Shown here piece by piece: positions 20,870-31,901 of a stretch of DNA of 64,000 bases. A program made the translations under genes and the position numbers. The notes under the pieces were generated by a model that searched no databases, was not told the origin of the DNA, and saw nothing but the letters and a program-made list of their open reading frames with translations. Source of the DNA: Marinicella sp. (GTDB lineage: Bacteria > Pseudomonadota > Gammaproteobacteria > Xanthomonadales > Marinicellaceae); the NCBI GenBank assembly GCA_965230295.1, contig OZ246001.1:352001-416000 (forward strand), in the 5' to 3' direction. Every line of letters starts with the position of its first letter. Within the stretch, counting starts at the first letter, position 1.

Positions 20870-22342
20870 ATGAGATTGATTTTCACACTCACACTTCTGA
20901 TGGCACAAAATATGATTCAGGCCAATACCAGTATCACCATATACTCAGGCAAACAGCAAGGGCATTTAACCCCCAGTCAACTTCAAAACGCACACAACAT
21001 TCCTGGCTTTGCAGTGATTAAGCAGACCAGAAGCGCTCAATTTGAAAAAGGGCAATTCACTTTGGCATTTGATGATGTGGCAGAACACATCGATCCCACC
21101 ACCGTCAGCTTTAATACACCTGACAATCCCGACGCTGCTGTGGTCTTAGATCAAAATTTTCAATTTGATTTGGTGGGTACTGATAAACTGTTACAAAAAT
21201 ATCTGGATCAAATCATCACTGTCAACCACAGCCAGGGAGCCCAAAGTGTAAATACAACAGGTGTGCTTCTGAGCACTCAGGGTGGTGTTACGTTACAAAA
21301 TGAATCAGGCATCATCACCATCAATCAGTGGAACCACATTCAATTTCCAGAACTACCAGGCGGTTTGTTAACCAAGCCCACCCTCGTGTGGTTACTGGAG
21401 TCAACATCAGCCAAGAAAGAACTGATATCAATGAGTTACCAAACCCAAGGAATGACATGGTGGGCCGATTACAACATCACGCTGAAAGGCGATTCCAACG
21501 ACTGCGAGATGGATTTGTCTTCATGGGTTTCCATAGTCAATAAATCCGGTGCCAACTTCAGCGACACCCAACTGAAATTAATCGCTGGCGATGTCAACCG
21601 AGCTCCAAATAATAGCGGCCGCAATCAGTTTGCCAGAAAAGAGATGATGGCCGCCAGTGCTCAAGACTTTACCGAACAAGCTTTGTTTGAATACCATTTG
21701 TATAAACTACCCAGAAGTATTGACCTACCTAACAACTCCACCAAACAAATTCAACTTCTGAATCATGCCAACAACATCAAATGTGTCCGTACACTGGTCT
21801 TCAATGGCAGCGGCCAACAACGCATCAATTACCACAGACCTATCACGGATGCTGGGTATCTTCGGCATACCGAAGCCAAAGTTGAGGCATTTTTAGCTTT
21901 TAAGAACAGTCGTGATAATCAACTGGGAATCGCCTTACCTGCTGGTCGTGTAAGGGTTAATATGGTGGACCCAACTGATGGCAGTTTAGAATTCATCGGT
22001 GAAGACAGCATTGACCACACACCTAAGAATGATTCGATCAATTTAAAATTAGGGCATGCTTTTGATGTCAAAGGTACACGCATCCAAAGGAATTTCAAAC
22101 TGGTTCCAAACGGGGTGACTGAACACATCGAAATCACCATCAACAACCAAAAAGATCACACCCAACCAGTGACTGTCATAGAACCATTGTTCAGGTGGTC
22201 AAATTGGCAAATCACTGAGCACAATGAACCATTTGAAAAAATCGATGCATCAAGCATTAAGTTTATGATCAGCGTGCCTTCTGAAAGCAAAAAAACCATA
22301 CGCTATACAGTCCAATACAACTGGCCCTCAAATAAAAAGTAG
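20870..22342 (+). CDS. DUF4139-domain secreted protein
   Basis: ITIYS, DQNFQFDL, LLTKPTLVW, WWADY, EYHLY, LPAGRVRV, FIGEDSIDHTP, LGHAFD. Start set at ATG 20870 (the ORF track begins at 20816). Confidence 0.8.
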   Translation: MRLIFTLTLLMAQNMIQANTSITIYSGKQQGHLTPSQLQNAHNIPGFAVIKQTRSAQFEKGQFTLAFDDVAEHIDPTTVSFNTPDNPDAAVVLDQNFQFDLVGTDKLLQKYLDQIITVNHSQGAQSVNTTGVLLSTQGGVTLQNESGIITINQWNHIQFPELPGGLLTKPTLVWLLESTSAKKELISMSYQTQGMTWWADYNITLKGDSNDCEMDLSSWVSIVNKSGANFSDTQLKLIAGDVNRAPNNSGRNQFARKEMMAASAQDFTEQALFEYHLYKLPRSIDLPNNSTKQIQLLNHANNIKCVRTLVFNGSGQQRINYHRPITDAGYLRHTEAKVEAFLAFKNSRDNQLGIALPAGRVRVNMVDPTDGSLEFIGEDSIDHTPKNDSINLKLGHAFDVKGTRIQRNFKLVPNGVTEHIEITINNQKDHTQPVTVIEPLFRWSNWQITEHNEPFEKIDASSIKFMISVPSESKKTIRYTVQYNWPSNKK

Positions 22343-22481
22343 CTCTAAAAAATCATCAGAATTTATTGTAATTTGCCTGTCGGAACCCTATTCTTACATG
22401 ATGGTTCTGGATGTGAACACATTCACAATTTAATGTACATTCCAGTGCTATAGTCAGCAATAACATGACTGGCCTATTATC

Positions 22482-24800
22482 ATGACAACCAATAAAAACG
22501 ATAAAAACGTAGTAAACATAAAAACAGAATCACCTGAGAACATCAACCAGGGCGTCATTCTCCCACAAATACATAAATTGTTTATCAAAGGATTGAAACC
22601 AACCATTCGTGAATATTATGACAAGTTAGACGATTCATTGTTTGATTTAGCCGAAAAAGCTCAAAACAACGAAAAACAGACTCATTTCTTCGAAGCCATG
22701 CGTGAAGTACGTAAGAAAAAGGAGCTGATGGTTAGAAAGTTTTCAGAAAATGTGCAGCATGCATTTAAACGCTTTAAACAAGGGAAATTCAATTATTTCG
22801 GCACAGAAGAAATCACTGAGGACACCTCCGCAGACGGTTTGTCTCTGGTTGATGAACATGAGTTGGATCAAAAACTGGCTGCCACTCAACTGACTGAAAA
22901 AGCCAACACCTACCTACATCAACATTTATTTGCACTGGAAAAACGATTCACTTTATTGGCTGGTGGCAGCGAAATTAAGGTTGATCAAATTCCTGTGTCA
23001 CCCGCAGTCATTGTGGGTTCTTTCGCCGCTACATTTGAACATTTGCACATCGATGACACCATCCATTTAATCATGCTTAAACTGTTTGAGAGAAGCCTGA
23101 TAAAAAATCTGGTGCAGCCATACATTGACATCAATCAAAAGCTCATTGAGTCCGGTATATTGCCAAACTTAAAGTTCAGGGTAAGCAGCCAAGGCTCACG
23201 AAGGCCGGCGTCTAACTATGTGCCTGGTGCGGCCACACCAGAAGGTGAAGAATTGGTCGAGCAGATGGTTCCTGTAGATCCCTTAACACAAAACACCGCC
23301 ATGGTGGCAGATGATCAATACCAGGCCATTGCTTCAGCCTTGCACCAAAGGCACTCTCAGGGACCAACTGTACCCAGCATGTCATTATTTGACGCATCCA
23401 TTGTCAACAATGCGCTGAATATACTTCAGGTAGAAGAGTTGAACAGCCTCAATTCAAGACAGGCTTCATTAAGCCCTACTGAAATCAAAAATGCATTACT
23501 CGCACGATTGAAAGACTTGGACAGCGAAGGGGAACAAAAACAAGTCAATCAACAAGATGAAGACACCATTGATCTGGTCGGTATGTTATTTCAGTTTCTG
23601 GTTGATGATCGAAACTTACCTGACAGGATCCAGGCTTTACTGGCAAAATTACAAATACCCTACTTGCACCTGGCCCTTAAGGACCGGAAATTGTTTTCCA
23701 ACAGAGAAAACAATGCCAGAAAATTGCTTGATATCATTGCCAAAGCATCAATTGGTTGGAGCGAAGCCGATGACAAAAAAGGCAAATTCATCAACAAAGT
23801 GGAAGAAATAGTCCAGAAAGTTTTGGAAACTGATCATGAGGAACTCGATTTTCCGGACTTGATCGAAGATTTTCAAGAATTCGATGCCAAGAACAGCAAA
23901 AGAAGCCAGGTCATTGAGAAACGCACCTCGGAAAAAGCACTGGGTCAAGAACGCATCATCAAAGCCAAAGATGAGACTGCAAAAATCCTAGAAGGCAAAA
24001 TGAAAAAGCATTCTTTGCCCAAAATGGTCACCGACATTTTACTCACCCCATGGGCCAATGTGCTCATCCTGGCCTATTTGCGGCATCAGGATGAACCTGA
24101 ACTGATAGAAAACTACACCAGATTTGTCGATAAATTGATCTTTGTCTCGGTCAAGAATAAGAAAAAAATGGCCACCAATGCACAAATCAGCCATGTCTGC
24201 GATCAACTGAGTAAAGGTTTGCGCTTGGTGGCTTTTGACGAATTCAGTATCAAAGAAAAAAGTCAGGACTTGTATCAATTGTTACTGAACATCAATGGCA
24301 TCGATAACAAACAAGAAGAAGTCGAACATGACTACGTTTTGCCACAAGAAGCATTCAATGTAGACGAATATGAATCTGCAGAAGAACAACCGGAAATAGT
24401 TCATTTCATCGCTGACAAGAAATTTAATAACTTAGACAAAGAAGTCGTTCATATAGATGACGCCTTTTACCAACAAGCCAAGAGTTTACAAACCGGTGAA
24501 TGGGTAGAATTTCTTGAAGAACAAGAAGAAGTGGAAAACCTCAGGGCCAAGTTATCCTGGGTTTCTCCGATCAGTCACAAACTGTTGTTTGTCAATGCAC
24601 GTGGAGTCAAAGTAACTGATAAAAGTTTGGATGAATTGGCCCAGGATCTACGAGAAAAATTAGCGGTGGTGTTACAACAAATCCCCTTGTTTGATCGAGC
24701 CATGTCAGCAATTGCTAAACAAGTGGTTAAAGAAGGTACCGACGGATCAAAAAACAATGATTCAACTGCTGAAAAATCTGCACCGGAAGCATCAGAATAA
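22482..24800 (+). CDS. DUF1631-family protein
   Basis: LDDSLFDLAEKA...FFEAMRE, DTIDLVGMLFQF, LQIPYL, GEWVEF...LSWVS...LFVNARG. Confidence 0.85.
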   Translation: MTTNKNDKNVVNIKTESPENINQGVILPQIHKLFIKGLKPTIREYYDKLDDSLFDLAEKAQNNEKQTHFFEAMREVRKKKELMVRKFSENVQHAFKRFKQGKFNYFGTEEITEDTSADGLSLVDEHELDQKLAATQLTEKANTYLHQHLFALEKRFTLLAGGSEIKVDQIPVSPAVIVGSFAATFEHLHIDDTIHLIMLKLFERSLIKNLVQPYIDINQKLIESGILPNLKFRVSSQGSRRPASNYVPGAATPEGEELVEQMVPVDPLTQNTAMVADDQYQAIASALHQRHSQGPTVPSMSLFDASIVNNALNILQVEELNSLNSRQASLSPTEIKNALLARLKDLDSEGEQKQVNQQDEDTIDLVGMLFQFLVDDRNLPDRIQALLAKLQIPYLHLALKDRKLFSNRENNARKLLDIIAKASIGWSEADDKKGKFINKVEEIVQKVLETDHEELDFPDLIEDFQEFDAKNSKRSQVIEKRTSEKALGQERIIKAKDETAKILEGKMKKHSLPKMVTDILLTPWANVLILAYLRHQDEPELIENYTRFVDKLIFVSVKNKKKMATNAQISHVCDQLSKGLRLVAFDEFSIKEKSQDLYQLLLNINGIDNKQEEVEHDYVLPQEAFNVDEYESAEEQPEIVHFIADKKFNNLDKEVVHIDDAFYQQAKSLQTGEWVEFLEEQEEVENLRAKLSWVSPISHKLLFVNARGVKVTDKSLDELAQDLREKLAVVLQQIPLFDRAMSAIAKQVVKEGTDGSKNNDSTAEKSAPEASE

Positions 24801-24834
24801 CTGGGGAATTACCTGAGGATCAGTCCCTCACAGG

Positions 24835-25680
24835 TCAAAGGCTTGCTTCGTAGGTGTTTTGCATCAAGGTGGCCACCGTCATCGGGCCTATGCCACCTGG
24901 AACGGGGGTGATCCAACTGGCCCGTTCACTGGCTTTTGCGAAATCAACATCACCGCACAAACCGCCTGCTACTTTTCGATTGATTCCGATATCAATCACT
25001 ATGGCGCCTGGTTTGATCCAATTGGCATCAACGATGTTCGGATTACCTACAGCCACACAGAGCAAATCGGCTTGATTAACATGTTTTTCCAGTTCCTTGG
25101 TGAATCGATGGCATACGGTAACTGTGGCTCCGGCAAACAACATCTCTAACATCAGTGGCCTGCCAACAATGTTAGAAGCCCCAACGACCACACAATGCAT
25201 ACCCTTTGGGTCAATTCCATAATGGTGTAATAATGTCATCACGCCACGAGGTGTGCAAGGGCGCAAACCGGGTTGACGCAAAGCCAAATGCCCTACATTA
25301 CTGGCATGGAAACCATCAACATCTTTGATTGGATCGATGCGATTGGTTACTTCGGTTTCGTTGATGTGCTCAGGTAAAGGAAGCTGGACCAAAATTCCAT
25401 GAATATCCGGATCTGCATTCAGCTCATCAATCAAAGCATTCAAGGCTTTAGAAGAAGTTTGGCGGGGCAGTTGGTGGGTCACAGACCTGATGCCAGTCCG
25501 TTCACAGGCCTTGATTTTGTTATTGACATAGACGTGAGATGCCTCATCATTGCCAACCAATACCACCGCCAGTCCAGGTGCTTGATGACCATCATTGACA
25601 CGTTTGGTAATGGCTTCTGCCACTTTCTCCTGGATTAAACCTGATACTTTCTTGCCATCTAAAATTTGCGGTTCTGTCAT
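24835..25680 (-). CDS. folD: Methylenetetrahydrofolate dehydrogenase/cyclohydrolase
   Basis: [44 protein letters not shown]. Confidence 0.98.
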   Translation of the reverse strand: MTEPQILDGKKVSGLIQEKVAEAITKRVNDGHQAPGLAVVLVGNDEASHVYVNNKIKACERTGIRSVTHQLPRQTSSKALNALIDELNADPDIHGILVQLPLPEHINETEVTNRIDPIKDVDGFHASNVGHLALRQPGLRPCTPRGVMTLLHHYGIDPKGMHCVVVGASNIVGRPLMLEMLFAGATVTVCHRFTKELEKHVNQADLLCVAVGNPNIVDANWIKPGAIVIDIGINRKVAGGLCGDVDFAKASERASWITPVPGGIGPMTVATLMQNTYEASL

Positions 25681-25691
25681 CTCATCACCCG

Positions 25692-26753
25692 TTAATGTTC
25701 GCAGCTTTCACTTTTGTTGACGGGGTATTTTAACACTTTAAATCGATGGTTGAGTAAGTCATATGACAACATTTGGTGTTGCAATGATTGGCCCATTCCA
25801 GTCAAGTATTTAATCGCTTCGGTGGTTTGGATCAATGCCGCTACACCAGGTACAGAACCCAATATTCCCTCTTGAGAACAATTGGCAATGGCATCGGCAT
25901 CTAGATCCGGAAACAAACAACGGTAACAGGGCTCATCTTTGTGACCACTGAAAAAGGTTATTTGCACATCAAAACCCGTTACAGCTGCAAATATCCAAGG
26001 CTTATTCAGACGCAAACTGAAATCGTTGATCAAATAGCGGGTGTTGATGTTGTCAGATCCATCCAAAATCAAATCCACTTCAGCCATCAAGGCTTCGGCA
26101 TTATCTGCACTCAAGAATTCATCAATCACATTGATTTTAATTGCAGAGTTTAAATTTTCTAATCGACGTTTGGCTGATACAACTTTACTTTCACCAACAT
26201 CCGATTCTGTATATAAAATTTGTCGGTGTAAGTTATGTAATGCCACCGTGTCTTCATCAACCAAGGTCAAGGTACCCACACCACTGCCCGCTAAATACAA
26301 CAATGCCGGACTGCCTAAACCACCTGCCCCAACCACCAAAATGTGTGAATGCCTTAGTTTTTCTTGGGCCTTCAGCCCAAACCCATGCAGCTTCACCTGC
26401 CTGTCGTAGCGCCACATTTGTTCATCAAGCTCTGGCAGCTCAATGGGAAGATCCAATGCCAACCAGGCCTCAAAACCACCTGTCACAGAAACAAAGTTAT
26501 CAGCAACTGTTCTGTTCAATTCGGACGCCACCTGCAAAGAAGTCTGGCCACGGTAACAAAGGATAAAAACATGTTCATGGTCGTTAGCCAAATCAACTGA
26601 TTCAGCAATCAATTGTTCCCGATTCATGCATTTTGCGCCTTTGGGGACACCGGCTGACCAGTCACTTGATGACCTCAAATCCACCAAAACACCAGCCCCT
26701 GATTGGATCAATTTTAAGACTGAAACTGGGTCTTGGTTGCTGTTTACTGACAT
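25692..26753 (-). CDS. moeB: Molybdopterin-synthase adenylyltransferase with N-terminal rhodanese domain (MoeB/MoeZ type)
   Basis: Rhodanese part ([23 protein letters not shown]) followed by ThiF domain ([27 protein letters not shown]); downstream of moeA. Confidence 0.88.
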   Translation of the reverse strand: MSVNSNQDPVSVLKLIQSGAGVLVDLRSSSDWSAGVPKGAKCMNREQLIAESVDLANDHEHVFILCYRGQTSLQVASELNRTVADNFVSVTGGFEAWLALDLPIELPELDEQMWRYDRQVKLHGFGLKAQEKLRHSHILVVGAGGLGSPALLYLAGSGVGTLTLVDEDTVALHNLHRQILYTESDVGESKVVSAKRRLENLNSAIKINVIDEFLSADNAEALMAEVDLILDGSDNINTRYLINDFSLRLNKPWIFAAVTGFDVQITFFSGHKDEPCYRCLFPDLDADAIANCSQEGILGSVPGVAALIQTTEAIKYLTGMGQSLQHQMLSYDLLNHRFKVLKYPVNKSESCEH

Positions 26754-28030
26754 TTTCTGAAATCAGTAAAGGGCTGAATCACCACTGTGTCACCAGCAAA
26801 CAAGTCCTGTTGAGACTCATTCAAAACGATGAAGCAGTTGGCTTGTGACAATGACTCAATGCGACTGGATTGTTGGCCGCCGCACACAGACACTTGTAGG
26901 CTGCCTTGGTGGTCAACTTCAAACATACCGCGCATGTACTCGCGACGCAAATGTGATTTTTTGATGTCATGTGCCAACATGGCTCGCCAGCTGGTCAAAT
27001 GTGGTGCCTGTTGAGTCATAGATTGGATGGCTGGAAAAACGTACTGACACAGGGTCGTGTAGCTGGAAACAGGGTTACCCGGTAAACCGTAAAACAAGGA
27101 TTGTCCGAGTTCGCCGAATAACAGAGGAAAACCTGGTTTAATGCGCAATTTATGGAACACCACTGTTCCCTGTTGTGACAAGGCTTTGGGTATCCAATCC
27201 TTCTCGCCCATAGAAACACCTCCAACCGTAATGATGAAATGAAATGCTTCTTTTGCCAAGTCTTCAAGTCTTCGATTGACCGCTTTTTCTGAGTCTTCTA
27301 AGGTCTGAAACAAAGTCACTTGACAGCCCATTTCTTGCAACAAGTGACTTAACATCACCGAATTGCTGTCATAAATCTGTCCCGCAGCACAGGGGTTACC
27401 TGGCTGAACCAATTCATCACCTGTCATCATCAACGCAACCCTGGGCTTGGATAACACTTGTACTTCAGCAATACCAAGTGATGACAGCAACCCCAAACTG
27501 GCGACACACAAATCCTGATTGGCTTTGACCACTGTTTGACCCAGTTGCAAATCTGAACCTGAAGTACGTATGTATTCACCCTTCTTAGGCAATTTGTCAA
27601 AGTACAAGGATCCTTCCTTTACTTGCCCGTGTTCTTTGAGGACAATGCCATCAGCGTCGACTGGCAACAAGCCCCCTGTCATAATGGGTAAAGCCATTTC
27701 ATCACAACTCAACTGCCTTGATTGTTTGGCCGCATGGATCGGTTGGCCAATTTTAAGCACATACTCTGTTGGTCTTGAAGTATTTGCTGTATCAGTTTGG
27801 TTGGCCTGAATTTCAGACAAATTGATGGCATAACCATCCATGCTGCTACAGGCGGCAGAAGGCACATTGATGGGGGCGGTAATGGCTGTCGCAGTTGTTC
27901 TGCCAAAAGCATCTGCCAATGCAATGGTTTCATGCGTGCTTGTTAGTTTTTCTGCGTGCTGGATAATCAGCTTGATCGCCTGACTGTGATTCAGGGCCTG
28001 ATTACGATTGTTTGGTTTCACCGTTGTCAT
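26744..28030 (-). CDS. moeA: Molybdopterin molybdenumtransferase MoeA
   Basis: SSMDGYA, IMTGG, TGDEL, IYDSN, GGVSMGEKD, GLPGNPVS. Start set at ATG 28030. Confidence 0.95.
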   Translation of the reverse strand: MTTVKPNNRNQALNHSQAIKLIIQHAEKLTSTHETIALADAFGRTTATAITAPINVPSAACSSMDGYAINLSEIQANQTDTANTSRPTEYVLKIGQPIHAAKQSRQLSCDEMALPIMTGGLLPVDADGIVLKEHGQVKEGSLYFDKLPKKGEYIRTSGSDLQLGQTVVKANQDLCVASLGLLSSLGIAEVQVLSKPRVALMMTGDELVQPGNPCAAGQIYDSNSVMLSHLLQEMGCQVTLFQTLEDSEKAVNRRLEDLAKEAFHFIITVGGVSMGEKDWIPKALSQQGTVVFHKLRIKPGFPLLFGELGQSLFYGLPGNPVSSYTTLCQYVFPAIQSMTQQAPHLTSWRAMLAHDIKKSHLRREYMRGMFEVDHQGSLQVSVCGGQQSSRIESLSQANCFIVLNESQQDLFAGDTVVIQPFTDFRKCQ

Positions 28031-28074
28031 GGAATAATTTAAAAATGACCACAAAAAATGTGGAAGATGTCATT

Positions 28075-29478
28075 TTAACTGTTGTGTTTGTGTTTGGGTA
28101 AATTATGCGCTTTTTTTCTGCGTGAGGGGTACTGGTTGTCTGGATTTTTCTTATCTTTATAAGGGTTTTTACCATCTCTGAATTGCATGATGATTGGCAC
28201 ACCTTTCAGTTCAAATGCTTTCCTGAATGTATTTTCCAAATACCTTTTATAAGATTCTGGCAACTTGGTGGTTCGCTTACCATGAATGACTATTCGCATG
28301 GGGTGATTACCACCAGAATGGGCAAACTTCAACTGAGAACTTAAGCCTTGTACCAAGGGCGGCTGATGGGCTTTATAGGCTTCATTCAATACGTTGGTTA
28401 GTTGATTGGCAGACAATTCCTGATCGGCTTTATCCATCAACAAGTCAACCCGTTCCATCAACACCCGCAAACCTGATCCATGTAATGCCGAAATATACAA
28501 CAATGGCACCCACTCGAATGCTTGCATTTTCAGGTTGATTTTTTCTTTGACGTAATTGCGGTGGTCTTCACTTAAGTTATCCCATTTATTGATCACTAAA
28601 ATAACTGGCTTGGCATGGTATACAGCCAATCCTAACAAGTGTAAGTCCTGATCCGTAATGCCTTCTGTGGCATCCATCATCACCACACAAATTTGTGATA
28701 ACTTAATGGATTCAATGGTTTTAAGGATACTGAATTTTTCAATGCCCTCCCCAATTTTTGATCGTCGCCTGACACCGGCAGTATCAATCAAAGTGTATGG
28801 TAGATCGTCCCAAATCAAAGGCAAGGATATGCTGTCTCTGGTGGTGCCAGGCATGTCATATGCCAGCACCCTGTCTTCTCTGAGTAACCGATTGACCAAA
28901 GTCGACTTGCCGACATTGGGTCGGCCAATGATGGCAATTTTAGGACCATGATCTTCTATCACTTCTGCAGTGAACGCTGCTTCATTGGCTTTGAAAAAAT
29001 CATTCAAATAAAGTTTCAAATCACCCAAGCCTTTGCGGTGTGCTGAACTGACTGCCAAAAGGTCAACCACGCCCAATTGATAGAATTCTGCCAACGCCAT
29101 CTCATTGACCTGACCTTCGGCTTTGTTGGCCAAAAGTAAAATGGGTTTGGCTGCCATTCTTATACGCTCTAATATGCGTTCGTCATCACCCACCAATCCT
29201 TCTCTGGCACTGACCACAAACAGCACCAAATGTGCTTCTTCGATGGCCTGGATGATTTGTTGATCCATCAACTCTGTGAGCTCACCCTCATCACCCAACA
29301 TGCCGCCGGTATCAATCAGTGTGGTTTTGAAATCGGCCAACTCAAGTTCACCATATTGGCGGTCTCGGGTTAAACCTGGCATGTCTGCCACCAATGCATC
29401 ACGCGTATTGGTTAAAGCATTGAACAGTGTTGATTTACCAACATTCGGACGGCCAACTATGGCAATAACAGGTGTCAT
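28075..29478 (-). CDS. der: Ribosome biogenesis GTPase Der (EngA)
   Basis: Two GTPase domains, each with GRPNVGKSTL; DTGG/DTAG, NKWD; C-terminal KH-like domain. Confidence 0.98.
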   Translation of the reverse strand: MTPVIAIVGRPNVGKSTLFNALTNTRDALVADMPGLTRDRQYGELELADFKTTLIDTGGMLGDEGELTELMDQQIIQAIEEAHLVLFVVSAREGLVGDDERILERIRMAAKPILLLANKAEGQVNEMALAEFYQLGVVDLLAVSSAHRKGLGDLKLYLNDFFKANEAAFTAEVIEDHGPKIAIIGRPNVGKSTLVNRLLREDRVLAYDMPGTTRDSISLPLIWDDLPYTLIDTAGVRRRSKIGEGIEKFSILKTIESIKLSQICVVMMDATEGITDQDLHLLGLAVYHAKPVILVINKWDNLSEDHRNYVKEKINLKMQAFEWVPLLYISALHGSGLRVLMERVDLLMDKADQELSANQLTNVLNEAYKAHQPPLVQGLSSQLKFAHSGGNHPMRIVIHGKRTTKLPESYKRYLENTFRKAFELKGVPIIMQFRDGKNPYKDKKNPDNQYPSRRKKAHNLPKHKHNS

Positions 29479-29492
29479 GTGGCCTCATCAAT

Positions 29493-29666
29493 GGAAAGCA
29501 GCACAGCAGCTAGACCCGCCGAGTCGGTTGGCGAGCGAAGCGAGTCAGAGACGAAGAGCGTGAAATAGGGAGACATGCTCGCCGTGGTCGCTTTCATTTT
29601 AGTCGAGAACACTTCGGTTTCGCTCAGTACGAACAAAAATGAATGAAGACCCAAGAGCATTCCTTA
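29493..29666. repeat. Modular structured interspersed repeat, short copy (174 bp)
   Basis: Shares four colinear blocks with 45753-46173 (32/37, 13/14, 27/31 and 24/26 nt identical); sits between bamB and der. Confidence 0.85.
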
Positions 29667-29667
29667 G

Positions 29668-30801
29668 TTATTTAGTGAATTGCAAAGCACTGAGTGTGCC
29701 ATCATAATTGTAGGCATAAATCATGTCGCCTACAATCAAAGGCGCATGGTAAAACTGATCTCCGCCAACACGAGTGCGGTTGATGATGTCACCTGAAACA
29801 CCATCAACGATGTGTAAGTAACCTTCAAAATCACCCACCACCAGATCACCTAAGTAGAAACTGGGTTTGGTCACGTTTCTATTCAACAATTGATCCTGGC
29901 TCCAGCCACGAGATCCATCAGCGCGGTTCAACTGGTGTAGCACTGATTGATTATCAGACAAATAAATGGAACGCCTGGATACAGTAACACCTGTGACTGA
30001 TCCAATATTTTGACTCCACAATGCACGCCCTGATTCTGTGGCCACTGACATGGTTTTGTCTGCTGCACTGGATATATATAAGTCGGTTGCCACCACATCA
30101 ATATCACCATCAATGTCCGCAATTCGGTCGATCTCTGTCTTGCCTTGGCTGTTGATCACATTTTGCTGCCACAGCACAGATCCATCTAAAATGTTTAACG
30201 CAGCAACCTTGCCATTGTCAAAGCCGATGTAGATGCGGCCACCTTTGGCTATCGGGGTACTGTTTCCTCGTAAAGTCAAATTTGGGATGTTGGTGTCAAA
30301 ACTCCAATCCCGCTTACCAGACTGAATGGCGAATCCATAAACCCTACCATCTTGGGTTCTCACCACCACTTTATTGCGATCAATCACTGGTGGGCTCAGT
30401 ACTTCTGAAGTCACACTGGTTTGCCAAAGTACTGTACCAGAATCAATGTCCATGGCCACCACCTGACCTTCAGGACCACCGACCACCAGAACCGTGTCAC
30501 TCACACCTGGGCCGGCGCTGATCTCAGACTCAAGGTCATGTTCCCAGTTGATTCCACCGGTTTTGGCATCTAGGCTGTATACTTTTCCTTTCTGGGTTGC
30601 TACGTACAAATTACCATTTTTCTCAGCAGGTATTAATTTGTAACCAAAAGCTTTTTCAGAAGCAGAAAAATCACGTTTCCAAACAGACTTGATGTTGCCT
30701 TGTTCAGTGACATCGATCAATTCACTGGGTTTAATCTCATCTTTTTTGTTTCCACAAGCAACTAAAAGCAACAGTAAAAAATAAATGGGTAGACGTTTCA
30801 T
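29668..30801 (-). CDS. bamB: Outer membrane protein assembly lipoprotein BamB
   Basis: Lipobox LVAC after MKRLP (ATG 30801); PQQ-like beta-propeller repeats; LTLRGNSTP, EIDRIADID; yfgM-bamB-der synteny. Confidence 0.93.
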   Translation of the reverse strand: MKRLPIYFLLLLLVACGNKKDEIKPSELIDVTEQGNIKSVWKRDFSASEKAFGYKLIPAEKNGNLYVATQKGKVYSLDAKTGGINWEHDLESEISAGPGVSDTVLVVGGPEGQVVAMDIDSGTVLWQTSVTSEVLSPPVIDRNKVVVRTQDGRVYGFAIQSGKRDWSFDTNIPNLTLRGNSTPIAKGGRIYIGFDNGKVAALNILDGSVLWQQNVINSQGKTEIDRIADIDGDIDVVATDLYISSAADKTMSVATESGRALWSQNIGSVTGVTVSRRSIYLSDNQSVLHQLNRADGSRGWSQDQLLNRNVTKPSFYLGDLVVGDFEGYLHIVDGVSGDIINRTRVGGDQFYHAPLIVGDMIYAYNYDGTLSALQFTK

Positions 30802-30862
30802 GAGCACCTCTGGTATCAATATTTTATATGGGTCTGGAATGTATCGGTTTCATTAACCACTG

Positions 30863-31498
30863 TTAATTGGTGGTTTTGATGTCTGCCAATTTCATCTCAA
30901 TGATTTGTTTTCCAGAATAGCCCTCACCTTCATTAAGAGCCAGCTGGTATGCATCAATGGCTTTGGCAGCATCGCCCTGAGCCACATAGATGTCACCAAT
31001 AACTTCTTCGACAATGGTTTGGTAAGCTTTGGATTGCACCAACCCCAATTCAGCCAAGGCAGTGGTGTATTCACCTTCAGAAACCAACAATCTGGCCAAT
31101 CTTAAACGCACCATTTCGGCAATTGGTTTATCAGGTTTGGCTGCAATCAACAATTCATATTGAGCTTTGGCTGCAGCGATGTCATTGGCTTCCACCAGTT
31201 TATTGGCTGCATTCAGCCTGGCTTGAATGGTATAGATGTTATTGCCATAATTATTTTCATATACGGTGATCAATTTTGGTGCATCAGCAGCCTCAATGAC
31301 CGAAAGTGCCGCTTCAAGTTGGGTGAACTCTGTGGCTGCTTCTTGGTTTTGTAAACTTCTGTTGTCCTGCCATTTGCCATAACCCCATAAGCCGCCAATA
31401 CCTAATGCAATTCCAGCGATTATGGTGAACCAGTTTTTACTCAGCCATTCCTTGACCAACTGTTCTTGTTCAAAATCATCATATTCTTCAAATGCCAT
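30863..31498 (-). CDS. yfgM: YfgM-family TPR ancillary SecYEG subunit
   Basis: EQEQLVKEWLSKNW, one TM, RLRLARL, EVIGDIY; upstream of bamB. Confidence 0.92.
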   Translation of the reverse strand: MAFEEYDDFEQEQLVKEWLSKNWFTIIAGIALGIGGLWGYGKWQDNRSLQNQEAATEFTQLEAALSVIEAADAPKLITVYENNYGNNIYTIQARLNAANKLVEANDIAAAKAQYELLIAAKPDKPIAEMVRLRLARLLVSEGEYTTALAELGLVQSKAYQTIVEEVIGDIYVAQGDAAKAIDAYQLALNEGEGYSGKQIIEMKLADIKTTN

Positions 31499-31696
31499 AA
31501 AAAATCTTCCAATGGTTAATCAATTTAACAAAGCGAGCTATTTTACATGATGGTTTGTAAAATTTCATCAATGCCTTGATGCTAAAGCTCCGTAACAGTG
31601 AAACTAAACTCAGTGCCGACATAAACTCGACATCGTGCATCAGTTGCCTCAAAAAATCATTGACAACAGACAACCTTAAACCACATTCATTCACGC

Positions 31697-31724
31697 AAAA
31701 AAAAACCGCTTATTCAGCGGTTTT
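31697..31724 (-). terminator. Terminator after tRNA-Asn
   Basis: AAAACCGCT-TATTC-AGCGGTTTT hairpin with an A-run on +. Confidence 0.75.
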
Positions 31725-31733
31725 CTTCTAATT

Positions 31734-31809
31734 TGGCTCCCCGGGACGGGCTTGAACCGCCGACCTAGTGATTAACAGTCACCCGCTCTACCAGCTGAGC
31801 TACCGGGGA
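31734..31809 (-). tRNA. tRNA-Asn (GUU)
   Basis: Reverse complement TCCCCGGTAGCTCAGCTGGTAGAGCGGGTGACTGTTAATCACTAGGTCGGCGGTTCAAGCCCGTCCCGGGGAGCCA: 76 nt, GTT anticodon, CCA end. Confidence 0.96.
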
Positions 31810-31901
31810 AAATTGGTCTGTCTTGTTTCACAAGAGATGCGCATTTTACCGCTTAAGGAAAAACTGTCAAGCAATAAATTAATCCTGTGGTAAAAATACC
31901 T

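Noticed and set aside
31488-31694. 68-aa ORF between tRNA-Asn and yfgM
   Set aside because: No motif or RBS; it covers the likely yfgM promoter region.
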